Source: a virus
DNA: 64,000 nt
Reading direction: 5' to 3' (one strand)
IMG/VR virus record: IMGVR_UViG_3300020054_000866
Location: 45,823-109,822 of that record
Part shown: one piece after another, positions 27,000 to 38,100 of the stretch
Numbering within the stretch: position 1 is the first letter of the stretch
How the letters are laid out: each line of letters opens with the position of its first letter
Position numbers and translations under genes: made by a program
The notes under the pieces: model-generated
What the model saw: only the letters and a program-made list of their open reading frames with translations
Database searches by the model: none
What the model was told of the DNA's origin: nothing

Positions 27000-29033
27000 T
27001 CAGTACTCGATCGCAGCAGCCGCGGCGCCGCCAGTCGTGTCACGGAGGGCCGCAGCCACACCGTTGACCGAGATGGTGGATGTCACGACGAGCGACTCAA
27101 TACCAACCTTAGCAACACCCTCGAAGGTCTCAACGAACATCTTGTAGTCGTTGGTGCCAACCAGTGTAGAGTCACGGATGATTCCGAGGTCCAGCGTGCC
27201 GCCGTCGAGGAACAGGAACGTTCCCTCGGCGAACAAGTACCAGGTGAAGGTGTCGCCGAACTCGTTCAGCGCGCCTGCGCTCTGGGCGCCAGCAACGTTG
27301 AGGTCATGTGAGTACGTGACGTTGACGTTGCGAGCCGCGAGGTAGCCGTCGATCTCACCGGCAGCCGCCATGGTGTCGTCACCAGGCATCGCAAGTGTGA
27401 GGTCGGCAACCATAGCGTCCTTGATCCAGTGAGGAGCAACGACGCGGAGCTGCGCGCTTGAGTCGAGACGGTGACGGCTGCGGTATAGAGCCGCGGCGCG
27501 ACCGACCTGAACTAGGAAGTCACGAGCCACGCCGATGAGGCTGGTGGACGTGACCGCTGTTGAACCGCTGGTGAGCTTACCGAGCAGGTACTGCTCAGCC
27601 TCACGGGCGTGCTGAATCAGAGCGAGCTCGTTGTGACGAGCGACGAGCTCTGGGTACGCACGTGTCATGAGATTGCCGAACTGGAGCTGCAGGGTCACAG
27701 CGTCGGTAGCGACGGTGGTCTCTGTAGCCGCAGTGACGGTGAGGCTGTCCTTAGTGGAGGAAGCCGCGATGTCATCAGCGTTTGTCCAGACACCGACAGC
27801 GTTCGCGTGATCAGCGAGCACCGGCGGGACGATGTAGCGAATGCCGCCACGATCGGCCTGGAAACGAGGCAGCGAGTCACGGACCGGACGATCGCCAACA
27901 CCGAATCCGAAGATGTCGTACTTGACCTCGAACGGGGTGCTGTGACCACCAGAAGCGACGAGAGCCTCTGGGCCGGACACTTCCTTGATCTTCGTGATGT
28001 TGCTGTCAACGTCCTGACCGAGCACGCGGGACTCCGGGTACTTGGTTGTGAATGAAGCAACGATGTGCTGCTCGCCGTCGCCACCCTTAACACGGCGAAG
28101 ACCGTGCAGACGGGAGACGAACGCCTCAGCGACCTCGTTGACGTTGCTAAGTGTCGCGCCGGCCGTGTAGCCAGGGATGTCAGCGCCAGCGGTGATCACC
28201 ACTGGAGCCGCAGCCTCGGTCTGTACGGGACGACGGTCTTCTGGAGCCTGGACTTCTACATCCATGCCCTCATCTGCGGCGGCAGTCATTGGTGCCTCCT
28301 GACCTTCCTGCTCTTCCTGAGCGATTTCAATGTTTTCTGATTGGAGTTCAGCAGCTGTCTCGGTCTCCTCAACAGCAACTTCTTCAGTCTGGAGTTCAGC
28401 AGCTGTCTCGGTCTCCTCAACAGCAACTTCTTCAGTCTGGAGTTCAGCCTCGGGCGCCTCTTCAGCAACCTCTTCCTCAACGGCAAGCTCGGCCTCTGGC
28501 TCAACCTCAGCGGCAGCTTCGTCAGGGGCCGCAGCCTCTTCCTCAGCGTCTTCCTCTGGGTCGCCAGCGGCAACTACCGCCTCGTCAGAAGCAGCCTCTT
28601 CGGCAGCCTCGGCAACTTGTTCATCTTGTGTGGTCGAAAGCTCAGCCTCTACCTCAGTGTCAGTTGAAGCGACAGACATTGACTTCTCCTCTTCTTTCTC
28701 TTCCTCGGGCATGTCTGGAGTTTCCTCCATGTCCGATTCTGGAGCTTCAGCGGTGTCATCCATGTCACCCTCTCCATCCTTCATGCCCTTGACACGGTAT
28801 GCGGCCTCGGCGGCGCGTGCAGCGAGCTCTTCAGCAAGTGCAGTGCGACGCTTCGACTCATCGCGAACGGTGTCAAGCATGTCGGCGAGAGTTGTCATCT
28901 TCTCTACTGACTCTGGAGTAGGATCTTCACCCTCGACCGCTTCAAACTCGCCTACAATTGCATCCTGAAGCTCGATTACTTGATCATCGGTCAGTTCAGC
29001 AATCGTGTCGAGCATTTGCTTGATACGGTCCAC
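27000..29033 (-). CDS. Major capsid protein (hexamer-like) with long acidic N-terminal scaffold
   Basis: TAGADIPG, ALVASGG..P.E..YD, RGGIRY, GTLDLGIIRDSTL..TNDY..F.E.FEG. Confidence 0.9.
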   Translation of the reverse strand: MDRIKQMLDTIAELTDDQVIELQDAIVGEFEAVEGEDPTPESVEKMTTLADMLDTVRDESKRRTALAEELAARAAEAAYRVKGMKDGEGDMDDTAEAPESDMEETPDMPEEEKEEEKSMSVASTDTEVEAELSTTQDEQVAEAAEEAASDEAVVAAGDPEEDAEEEAAAPDEAAAEVEPEAELAVEEEVAEEAPEAELQTEEVAVEETETAAELQTEEVAVEETETAAELQSENIEIAQEEQEGQEAPMTAAADEGMDVEVQAPEDRRPVQTEAAAPVVITAGADIPGYTAGATLSNVNEVAEAFVSRLHGLRRVKGGDGEQHIVASFTTKYPESRVLGQDVDSNITKIKEVSGPEALVASGGHSTPFEVKYDIFGFGVGDRPVRDSLPRFQADRGGIRYIVPPVLADHANAVGVWTNADDIAASSTKDSLTVTAATETTVATDAVTLQLQFGNLMTRAYPELVARHNELALIQHAREAEQYLLGKLTSGSTAVTSTSLIGVARDFLVQVGRAAALYRSRHRLDSSAQLRVVAPHWIKDAMVADLTLAMPGDDTMAAAGEIDGYLAARNVNVTYSHDLNVAGAQSAGALNEFGDTFTWYLFAEGTFLFLDGGTLDLGIIRDSTLVGTNDYKMFVETFEGVAKVGIESLVVTSTISVNGVAAALRDTTGGAAAAAIEY
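28342..28448. repeat. Exact 48-bp tandem duplication in capsid scaffold region
   Basis: tggagttcagcagctgtctcggtctcctcaacagcaacttcttcagtc x2 plus 11 bp; encodes AELQTEEVAVEETETA repeats. Confidence 0.95.
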
Positions 29034-29155
29034 TGTCCCTCCTCCGGGCCAGTCACGGCAACATCACTATAATGTTGCCTCGGGTTTCTGTCCAAGGGAG
29101 GGACTCAAGCCATGGAAGGCAGAGGCACTCTCCTAGAAAACATTGTAACATATAA

Positions 29156-29719
29156 CTAGGTTAGTAGGCGCAGAAGAGTGCTCATTTCAGAAGAAACTTC
29201 CCCCTGAGAAAAGACGTCACTTCCAGACATATATCCTTTAAGTTTCTTTGTTGGCTCTTCTGCATCTTCGGCGCCGATCTTCTCTTCTACTCTGCTGATC
29301 ATGTCTTTGACAAGATCTCGCAGTACTGGCGGAAGATCACTGAACTTAACTTTCTCGACTTCCTCGCCGAACGGCAGCGGAAGATTCGCCATGACTTCTC
29401 CTAGAAGTCTAGCCGATTCCCTAACGTTTTCAAGGGATGTGGCGTTTAATGCGCCTTCATCAAGTCTCGTTAGTAGCGTTTGCAGTTTCGCGGCGCTTGC
29501 CGCGGCAGCAGCGTAGTTTCCAGCACTATCGAGGTTCTCAAGCTCCTCAACACGTTCTACAGCGCGTTGAAGACCTGACGTACCGAGGTTCTCTTTGATC
29601 CTAGCGAGAACAACACGAAACTTACCCTTTGCGTCTCGTGGTTGATCGACTCCCGAGGTATAGATAGTGTTTTCGCGGTCATATTTTGCCGCAGCAGAAA
29701 CTGCTTTTACACCCGTCAT
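29156..29719 (-). CDS. Head-module helical protein with QPRDAKGKF motif
   Basis: Coupled ORF between protease and capsid. Confidence 0.8.
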   Translation of the reverse strand: MTGVKAVSAAAKYDRENTIYTSGVDQPRDAKGKFRVVLARIKENLGTSGLQRAVERVEELENLDSAGNYAAAAASAAKLQTLLTRLDEGALNATSLENVRESARLLGEVMANLPLPFGEEVEKVKFSDLPPVLRDLVKDMISRVEEKIGAEDAEEPTKKLKGYMSGSDVFSQGEVSSEMSTLLRLLT

Positions 29720-30003
29720 TCTGAGGTCTTACCTTTCACTACACCGTCGGGAATTAGGGCAAATCTGCAATATCCCATGGGTTCGACTTCCGCTGAGATG
29801 ATTTTGCACTCAGTGCCTCCCGCGTAGAGAATACAGTTTTGGCAGGTGACGCCAATTTCAGCATTCTCATTTTCAGCCGCAGTTTCGTATCCAGCCCAGA
29901 CACCGGTATCATCTTCGTTGAACTTGCCGTACTTCTGAGTTATCGCAATTAGCGCGTCAGCAAGCTCTTGCTCTTCTGCAATGATTTTGCCAACGGCAAT
30001 CAC
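29716..30003 (-). CDS. Small Cys protein with HiPIP-like spacing
   Basis: CQNC.LY.....C.I....V.P.GYC. Confidence 0.65.
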   Translation of the reverse strand: MIAVGKIIAEEQELADALIAITQKYGKFNEDDTGVWAGYETAAENENAEIGVTCQNCILYAGGTECKIISAEVEPMGYCRFALIPDGVVKGKTSE

Positions 30004-33000
30004 TGCATCGGCGGCGCTTTTGGGTCAGCATCACCACTCTCAACGGCAGCACGAATCGTAAGGCTCTGCACTCTTGCCTTGATGCCATCAACAACGTCGT
30101 CGTCTACGAGACCTGCGTTCTTCCACTTCTCTGGGATAAGGTCAGCTCGCTTGAGAGAACGCGCGCGCTTCATAATGTGACGGCGCACCGCGGCTCGCTT
30201 GCTCGGCTTTGAGCGTCCGTACGCTTGAATCGCGTCCTTGAGCTCCTCGATATTTCTGATCGGGTACGAACCGTCCGGAAGAGCCTTACCCTCTTTAGCA
30301 AGCTTTTCGCGCGTCTTGGTCGAGATGTATCCGAGCTCATCGTACGCGAACGTGCTACGCACCCTGTTAGAAAGCTCTTCGGCCTTAGACTTAGTATCTT
30401 CACTAACTACCGAGAGTTTTTCAAGAGCGTCAAGTCTCTTCTTCATGTCCTGAAGAGGGTCGCTCTTCATTCTCGCCAGTGTAGACGCACCGGCAGCAAC
30501 AAGAGCGTATACCTGGCCACTCGCTACTCGAGCTCTAGCGATTGGGAAGCCGGGGACGTTGACCTGACACACGGCGACGAGCTCTAGCGAACCACCAATA
30601 GGCCGCCAGTCACCGGACGGCGCAGAAGCGCGAAGAGCTCTGATCTGCTCAGGCGTGGCTGTAGTGCGAAGAGAGCCAGCTACCCAGATGCCATATGAAT
30701 CTTCCCCAGCGTGCACGTCGGCGATGGCAGAGCCAGTGTCGTCGTAGTGACGTGCTGCGTCTGAAGCGCTAGCCTCGAGAGGCGCGTGACCGCCGGCGAG
30801 AGTTAACTGCCCGACTGGGTAGTCGTTGCCGTCATCTGCTCGGAGAACTCCTGTATGGAAGTACGAGTACTTGCTCTTGCTTCTCGGTGGCTTTGTCCCG
30901 TACGCCATTCCGATGTGATCAACGTGCCATGCAGCGATATGGCCGTACACTTGACCCTCGTCTGTCACTGTAAGCGGCGTCGCCTTAGTGAGCTTGGGGT
31001 TCTGGAACCATTCGGCGGGCGGAACAATAGGTATCGAGCCAGCAACCATGCCACAGGCGACTAGCGCCTGTGCGTCAAGATCGTTGAGGTCCTCGACGTA
31101 GATTCCGTCAGGGGTGACTTCCATTTCTTCCTCCTGAGACTGAAGATCTTCGCTATCTTCGTCTTCTATGTAGATCCTGCATTCCTGGAACGCTGGCTTA
31201 GGTACTATTGTAACTGCCATTACTCGGGCCTTATCGACCTCGATTTTCCCTCCGCCGATCTTCTTGACCTTTTTCTTGACCTCTTCAAGAAGCTCTTCCG
31301 CTTTTTCATCAGAGTCGTCGCCAAGAATTTCGTCGTCGTCATCATCACTTTCGCTGGCCTCGAACATGTCCAGGTCCGCCGATACTCCTCGGATGAATCC
31401 GTTTTTCACAAGACGCTCTGCCTCGGCGCCGTACGCGCCCGTGTCGAAGACGCCATACGCGTTTCCGATCCCGTCATCAGTTCGCTCCATGTGATCAATT
31501 CGACCAACAACAACAGATCCGTTGTGCCCATCGCCTGTCTTGATCTGCCACAGAAGCGGCAGCGGGAGCTCACGGAGAGTGATCGCGCCTTTCTTAAAGA
31601 CTCTTCCGTCTCCGGTTTCTGCACCTTCTGGGATTACGAGAGGGATCTTGAACTTACACCCGCCGTAAGAATTCTTATAGCCTCCGGCGACAAGAACTCT
31701 GCTCTTCGCGTCAGCGACTTTTGCTCGTAGAATGCTTGTCTCGATGATCTGCTCTTCAGAAAGAACATCGTACAGATCTTCAGCGCTTCCGCGAACGCTC
31801 TTCTTCTTCTTTCCAACGTTGTACTTACTGCCAGGCCAGACTCCAGTCATCTCCTTGTGACGAAGTGAGCAGTAGCCTTTCGCGCGAGGGCCCATGTACT
31901 TACGTAGATGGCGGTAGCAACGTGTCCAATCGCCTGGAGTGTTCCAGCGAATCTTAAGAGCGCCGCGGCCAATTGTCCAATATCTTCTGAGCTTCTCAGC
32001 TTTGCCGCGATTTCTATCAAGGCCGCCGGCAGCCATCAGGGTGTTCAACGGCTCAACACCGTACATCTCAAGGAGACGTCTCTCATTTTCATCAAACACG
32101 TAGACGTAGTTCCCAGACGCCGTCATCGTTTGATCGACCTGGGCCAAAACGTCATCGTAGACCTCGCCTGTAAGAGCGACTACAGGCGGAGGTGTTGCTG
32201 ATGTTAGGTCAGCAAGAATCTGCTCGTCCTTAACCCATTCACCGTCTTCGCGAATAAACGTTGTCGGTGATGTCGATGTAGACGACGCTGGAACTACGCT
32301 TACAAGATCCATGACCGCTTGCGGATCATCAGGTGAGACTATAGCGACGTACATTGGCTCGACGTCGCTTGTCTCTGGTGTAAGCTCTTCACCAGGCTTA
32401 GACGGTTCAACGGTGTTTTCGTTGATGTCGTACGCGGTAGACGTTATTGGACTGTACCAAATCTTACTTTCTTTTGGCTTCTTTTTAAAGTAGTCCTGAA
32501 GAAGCGGATGATGCTCTGCTCTTTTAGTGAACAGCTCTTCTCCGCTCTCTCTTTCCATGTTGCGAATGTAGTCGGACTTTTGATACTCCGGCGCGCGATC
32601 GCCAGCAGGTTGAATTTTCTGCCCACGGACACGCTTATCTTGTAGATCGGCCCCGCCGCTGCGCTGCTCCATTACCCACGCTGGATAATTATTGACAATT
32701 TTTTGTAGGTCCTCAGAGCGTAGTGCTGGTAGACCGCCAGGAATTGCTGCCTTTGGTCTGTCAATCGGCGCGCGTGGCTCGCCAAGAATTCCTCGAGTAT
32801 CGAGCGGCATCCCAGGTGTATCGGTGAGAGGGCCAGTCTGCATCGCCGGCTGTGTACCCTCCGCCTGGACCCTGTTCGCACGAACTGTCTGACTTGAGCC
32901 ATCGTCCATCTTCAGAGTGACGCTCTGAGTGTCTGGGTCAATCCCGCTAATCGAGCCGGACTTCGACGCATCGCCGTCAACTACAACTCGCCCACCCATC

Positions 33001-34127
33001 TTAGCGAAGCGGCCGCTTTTGTCGCGAACTTGCTTTCGTGCCTTTGCTGATCGCTCCTCGGGAGTATATTCGCCGTCAGCGTCACTCTCTTCTCCGGCGG
33101 CGGTGAGCACTGAGTCGATCTCGCCCCAGTCAATTTGATCAGCGGCCGCAGCAGCAAGCTCGGCTTCTTCCTCATTGAGTGAGTAGACAGACACGCTTGT
33201 GAACGGGCGCTCCTGAAGGTGCGCGGAAATAATCAACGCGGTTTGCGGATCAATAAGAATGTGGCGCTTTTCTACGACATCATACGGATCGTCAAGAGAC
33301 CGATCGTACGTGTAGATATCGCTGTCGACGTGACCGAGATCGTCCCAGTCACCATCGTCCCAAACGTAGATAACCTCATCGAGACCGAGCATGTAGAGAC
33401 GATCAATTCCGCTGCCGTCAAGACGAACACGAGCGATGAACTCTGGGCAATCGCCGTCACTAATGTTTTGTGCAAGATCAAAGACATCAATGGCAGGCTT
33501 AGCGTATCTACTAATTGACATTGACTCTTGGTCGCTGTACTCTTCGTACGGGTCTACGACCGTCTCGCCGCTGGCAGTCTTCGCCTTCTTATTTTCACGC
33601 TCAACGATGTTTTTGGCCCAGCGCCACGCCGAATCTCCACCCCATAGCGCCCAGGCAATTCTTCCATTCGACGGGTAGCCATCTTCTCCAGGGTCGTAGC
33701 CTTTTGCCTTCTTATCAATCTCGTGACGAGGAAAGTACTTAGCGATATGGCGAACCTTTTTAATTCCAATTTGCCCGCCGGCGGCTAAAGTTCTTGCCGT
33801 GCTGATGCCGACCGGCGTCCCGCCTCTTTTGTACTCTTTTCTCCACTCAAGAGCCTTCTTTGCTTCAGCCTGTACACCCTTTGGGATAGTGTACATTCTG
33901 GCAGAAGCAGTCAACGCAACGACACGAAGGTCGGAGAGAGCGGCAGATGCAAGCTCGTGCATTACGTCGGAGGGCTCACTATCGCACGGCCCCCAAGGCA
34001 TTAGATACGACATCTCCGAAAGCATTCCGGAGTCTTCTACCATATTAGTTTCGGAGTTTACAACTACGCCCCTAGAGCCGTCTGTAAAGAGAACCAGATT
34101 CTCTGACTCGCCATGAACGGTGATCAT
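30000..34127 (-). CDS. Multi-domain capsid maturation protease
   Basis: PEG.ETGDGR.F...LPLPL.WQ...GH.GSVVVGRI...GVSADLD...TIV.KPAF protease core, plus accessory head domains (AWALWGG; RYW...RC; ALPDGSYPI). Confidence 0.85.
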   Translation of the reverse strand: MITVHGESENLVLFTDGSRGVVVNSETNMVEDSGMLSEMSYLMPWGPCDSEPSDVMHELASAALSDLRVVALTASARMYTIPKGVQAEAKKALEWRKEYKRGGTPVGISTARTLAAGGQIGIKKVRHIAKYFPRHEIDKKAKGYDPGEDGYPSNGRIAWALWGGDSAWRWAKNIVERENKKAKTASGETVVDPYEEYSDQESMSISRYAKPAIDVFDLAQNISDGDCPEFIARVRLDGSGIDRLYMLGLDEVIYVWDDGDWDDLGHVDSDIYTYDRSLDDPYDVVEKRHILIDPQTALIISAHLQERPFTSVSVYSLNEEEAELAAAAADQIDWGEIDSVLTAAGEESDADGEYTPEERSAKARKQVRDKSGRFAKMGGRVVVDGDASKSGSISGIDPDTQSVTLKMDDGSSQTVRANRVQAEGTQPAMQTGPLTDTPGMPLDTRGILGEPRAPIDRPKAAIPGGLPALRSEDLQKIVNNYPAWVMEQRSGGADLQDKRVRGQKIQPAGDRAPEYQKSDYIRNMERESGEELFTKRAEHHPLLQDYFKKKPKESKIWYSPITSTAYDINENTVEPSKPGEELTPETSDVEPMYVAIVSPDDPQAVMDLVSVVPASSTSTSPTTFIREDGEWVKDEQILADLTSATPPPVVALTGEVYDDVLAQVDQTMTASGNYVYVFDENERRLLEMYGVEPLNTLMAAGGLDRNRGKAEKLRRYWTIGRGALKIRWNTPGDWTRCYRHLRKYMGPRAKGYCSLRHKEMTGVWPGSKYNVGKKKKSVRGSAEDLYDVLSEEQIIETSILRAKVADAKSRVLVAGGYKNSYGGCKFKIPLVIPEGAETGDGRVFKKGAITLRELPLPLLWQIKTGDGHNGSVVVGRIDHMERTDDGIGNAYGVFDTGAYGAEAERLVKNGFIRGVSADLDMFEASESDDDDDEILGDDSDEKAEELLEEVKKKVKKIGGGKIEVDKARVMAVTIVPKPAFQECRIYIEDEDSEDLQSQEEEMEVTPDGIYVEDLNDLDAQALVACGMVAGSIPIVPPAEWFQNPKLTKATPLTVTDEGQVYGHIAAWHVDHIGMAYGTKPPRSKSKYSYFHTGVLRADDGNDYPVGQLTLAGGHAPLEASASDAARHYDDTGSAIADVHAGEDSYGIWVAGSLRTTATPEQIRALRASAPSGDWRPIGGSLELVAVCQVNVPGFPIARARVASGQVYALVAAGASTLARMKSDPLQDMKKRLDALEKLSVVSEDTKSKAEELSNRVRSTFAYDELGYISTKTREKLAKEGKALPDGSYPIRNIEELKDAIQAYGRSKPSKRAAVRRHIMKRARSLKRADLIPEKWKNAGLVDDDVVDGIKARVQSLTIRAAVESGDADPKAPPMQ

Positions 34128-34873
34128 TTCTCTACACCTTTTTGTTGTAGCTTATCGTCAGTAATCGGCCCGCCGGTCGCCCAGGCAGCACACGTTCTAG
34201 CAGAGGCGCATTTGAAGTCAAAGGCTTCACAATACCCAAGCTCGCCGGCGTCGATAGAGTCCCACGGGTCGGTTGCGCCGTCTGTGCCGCCAAGACCTTC
34301 AGCAATACAGTTCTTAACACTGGTTGTTACGTAGAAAAACACGCAATTGCCGCACAGGCTCTTTTTAGCATCTTCTGGAGAGACACTCCAGCGATCCGCC
34401 ATATCTTTCCAGTACATATCGTTTGGCTGCTCTGGGTTGAGTGGCCCGTATTCAGCAACCTCGATCGCGCGCTGGCGATTCTTGATATTCAAGGCAATAT
34501 CAGACGTTGCCGGAGGGCACTTACCGTCCTCTACAGCCGCTGTGACCGTGGTCGGATCGCCGTCCTTATCGGAAAAATCCTCGACCTTGAGAACTGGAAC
34601 TCGTTCGCCTTTAACCTGTCTGGTGTCAAAGTATTTGATGAAATCGACGTTCACATACTCGGTGTAGTACTTCGGGTCGTCAATTTCATCAAAGAAGTTT
34701 TCATCGATTTGAACCCACGAGCCGTTGTCTCTGATGAACGTTCTGCCTTTTTGCTCGCTAGCAAAAACAAGGTATACTCCGTCATCGACGTCAGAATCGA
34801 CAACAACGTAGAGGTCGTCTCTGGGGCCGATCGATGTTGGCCACACTGGGACGCTAGCGGTCTTACTTGCCAT
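34124..34873 (-). CDS. Head-module protein with Cys-rich C-terminal domain
   Basis: CPPAT...YGP.NP...CGNC.FF...GYC..F.FKC...RTC..W. Confidence 0.75.
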   Translation of the reverse strand: MASKTASVPVWPTSIGPRDDLYVVVDSDVDDGVYLVFASEQKGRTFIRDNGSWVQIDENFFDEIDDPKYYTEYVNVDFIKYFDTRQVKGERVPVLKVEDFSDKDGDPTTVTAAVEDGKCPPATSDIALNIKNRQRAIEVAEYGPLNPEQPNDMYWKDMADRWSVSPEDAKKSLCGNCVFFYVTTSVKNCIAEGLGGTDGATDPWDSIDAGELGYCEAFDFKCASARTCAAWATGGPITDDKLQQKGVEK

Positions 34874-34878
34874 AGCAG

Positions 34879-35151
34879 TCAGTCTCTCATCTCATCAGAC
34901 GGGTTTACCGAATCATCGGAAGCGCGTTCAACTGTCATTCTATACTGTACTCCACGACTCGAGAATGATATTTCGCCATTTTCAAAGTCACTAAGAGGTT
35001 CTGACAGCGGTAGAACCTTATATTTGTCAAAGCTACTTAGCTGAATTGCCGGATTTTCATCATTGAAGACAAGTGCAGAATTCCAATATTGGACCCTGTT
35101 CGTGTATTCTCCAGTCAACTCTTTTATCGTGATTCCAGTGTATTCAATCAT
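34879..35151 (-). CDS. Hypothetical protein
   Basis: ORF filling the gap between giant gene and next head gene. Confidence 0.65.
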   Translation of the reverse strand: MIEYTGITIKELTGEYTNRVQYWNSALVFNDENPAIQLSSFDKYKVLPLSEPLSDFENGEISFSSRGVQYRMTVERASDDSVNPSDEMRD

Positions 35152-35154
35152 AGT

Positions 35155-38100
35155 TTAATAAATCCGCTCGAACAATACAAAGAAGTCTTCAACAGGCACT
35201 CCGTTTATTTCAGATATACCACGAGCTTCTAGACTCACGAGTATATTTTCACGCACTTGCGTTCCTACGTGCACTTTCTTAATAGCAGAAGGCGATATCG
35301 CGCCTTTAACAAGAATCTCGTACGCGTCGAATGAAGTCATTTCATTGTACGGATCTCTCTCCGACCGAGCGCCAAATCTGTCAGTCTCGTTTGCCCATAT
35401 GTCTAACCGACTGAGAATGACGTCTGGATCAAGTTCAAACGCGTAGTTTGTAGTCGAGTACGTCGATGTCGGGTCCATTTGAATAGATCTCGGGGTAGCT
35501 CTAGAAATGTACGCGTATTCAGCAGAGCCAGTTCCGTAGTCGGCGTACGACGACTGGCCTTCGATGCCTATGCCGGAATCAAATCTCTTTCTAGAACTGA
35601 CAATGCCAGGTACTCCCGCGCCTATATCATCTGGCTCACTAAGCCCGAGCACTCGAAGAACTACCTTTGCGGCGGCCTCGCTCTCAGTTATCCAAGAGTC
35701 ATCAAAAGTCTCTGAATAGGACGCTGGAAGATTGCCAGCGTGCCAGAACGACTCGCCGCCTCCAAGCGCGATTCTTTTCCTTAGAGCGTCGACAAGCTCT
35801 TGAGAGTGTCGAATCTCGACCTTGCCGGTTGCAGGATCTGTTGCTACAGTGTAGTCAAAAAGACTCGGATACAACTGCCGCAGCTCTTGAACTATTCTAT
35901 CTCTATTTGCCCCCGAGGTCGTGAACGCCGGGTTGTTGTAGTTGCCTTCTGAACTAAGAACGCTAATCGCTCTATTTTCTACAAGGAGCTCGATGTCCTG
36001 CTCTGTTGCCGGTCTTGGGTCGCGAACGCCGGCTACTTTCATTGCTAGTTCAACGACTTCACTTGAGGGATTGTCGTCGTCAAAAAGAATACGAACTCTG
36101 TTTACGTCTGCAATAAGATTGTCAGATCCGCCCTGGACAGCTCCACCTTCTTCATTGTACAGCCCCGTGTATGGACTACTGTATGAGCTGCCAGAAGAGG
36201 TTGTTGCAATTCTTATTGAAAAACCATCTCCTTGATACACGAGCTCTTGCATAGATCTATCAAGGTAGAGTCTTCCGTTACCGTCTTCTTTTCTAATGTC
36301 ATTTGACTCGCCTACATACTTTACGCCGTTGTCGTCGACTTGAATAAAAGTGTTGTATAGCGCGTAACCGATCACGGTGTTTCTCATACGATCAGTGCCA
36401 GTTGAAGTGCTAACTGACCACCCGGAGTCATCGTCTCTAGCCCGCTGTTTAGCGACAGCAGTAAGTCTTTCAGCAGCCCAGGCGGTAAGTTTGAATGACA
36501 TTTGTGTCTTAACTTTGTCGCTAAAGTTGCGCTTGACTCGAGATATCTCCACCTCACCGTCTTCTATGTCTGAACCATCAAACAATGTAGAAGTTGCTAT
36601 CGACTTCTTGTCAGCAGAGTTGGCTATACTAATAGCTTCAGTCATAGACGGTACGTCGTCAAACGCCGAGCTCGTTAACGGAAGAACGTCTACGTCTTCT
36701 CTAAGCTCTCTCCCTGGCCCGAGGAATCGTGACGCGGCCACCCGCGCCGCTAGTGCCGGGTCTGACATAAACAGTTTTGAGACCTTTCTAGCCGCTTCTG
36801 GGTTGTCAGCCATTATTCGTTTAATGGATTCGATGCTCTCGCGAAGAGTAGTGGCGACAGCAACCCACGAATCTTTCCCGCCGACTGCGTTCTTTCCAAT
36901 TGATGACTGATTCTTCTTACTAATTGTCCAGTCGTCTTTTACCTCGATGTCTTTAAATCTGCCGTTAATAAGAGCGTTCTTAAACTCTCCTAGTACAGCA
37001 CGAACTTCAGGATCTGTCGCTTCTCCTATTGCAGCATGAAGATATATTGAAGCCCCAACTACGTCGCCTTGACTAATCATCGCGAGGGTCTGAGTTTCAA
37101 TAGCCCCGTTGTACGGCTTAGCGTCTCCATCAGGAGTATCAGGTCTTCTATTATAGTTGATATCGACCGCCGCCACTCGCGCAAAATTAAGAATATCGCG
37201 GATGCGAGCGAGCTCGCCTAAGTACCCTCTCTCGCTCTTGTCAATTTCTGAAGAGTACGCGTGCCTAACAGCAGCCACTACAGCCATAGTGTTGCCCATA
37301 ACTGTCTCAGGAATGCCTTGCTCATCAAAAATCTGTCTATATTCTTTTGCAAGGACCTCAGAAATTTCATCTACCTCAAAAGGATCTTCGTTGCTGTAGT
37401 CCGTGAAATTCTTAGACATCTTTGCAGTCTCGGCGCGCGCGCGGAGTGCTTCTGAGTGTCTTTCCAAAAGCTCTGGCATGAATTCGTCGAGAGACGGGTG
37501 TAGCTCGCCGGTTCCGACCATGCGTAGGAGCTCATCAGCGGTGAAGAATTTAATTTCTGACGTCTCGTTATCGCTGATTTTCGCGCTCTTCGCGTCTTCA
37601 GCAGAAACTGTGAAGCCAACTGTAGAGTACCGCCAGTCCTGCGTGACATCGTTCTCATGTATGAAGTCGGGGACTGTCAACGCGTTGATAGAAATTCCAA
37701 TTTCCTCTGCGGTCTCTTCAATCGCGGTTGTTCTAGGGTCTTCTGCATTTCTTCTGTTTCTATGCGCTCCACCAGGCAGACCCCACTTCCCCCCTCCTCC
37801 TGGGATCCACGTTGCTCTTTTGCCAAGAACGTACTTAACTTCTCCATCATCGTCAACAAACGAGATTAGCGCGCCGCCGGCGCCGTATCTTCCCCAAAAT
37901 CTTTGCTTCTCCGCCGAGAAGAAATAACCTTCGCCAGCGCTATCTGCTCCACCGTCACCCATCGGTATAAACATTGGTAGTAGAACATCGGGATCGTCAA
38001 CGTTGACGTCGTATCTATCTATAAACGACTCCGCCACCCAGACATCGTCGTCTATCTGACTAAATTCTACTCCCTTGTACGTAGCTTTTTGGAGAGGGTA

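Noticed and set aside
28342-28448. 48-bp repeats as a CRISPR array
   Set aside because: Contiguous in-frame tandem copies with no spacers
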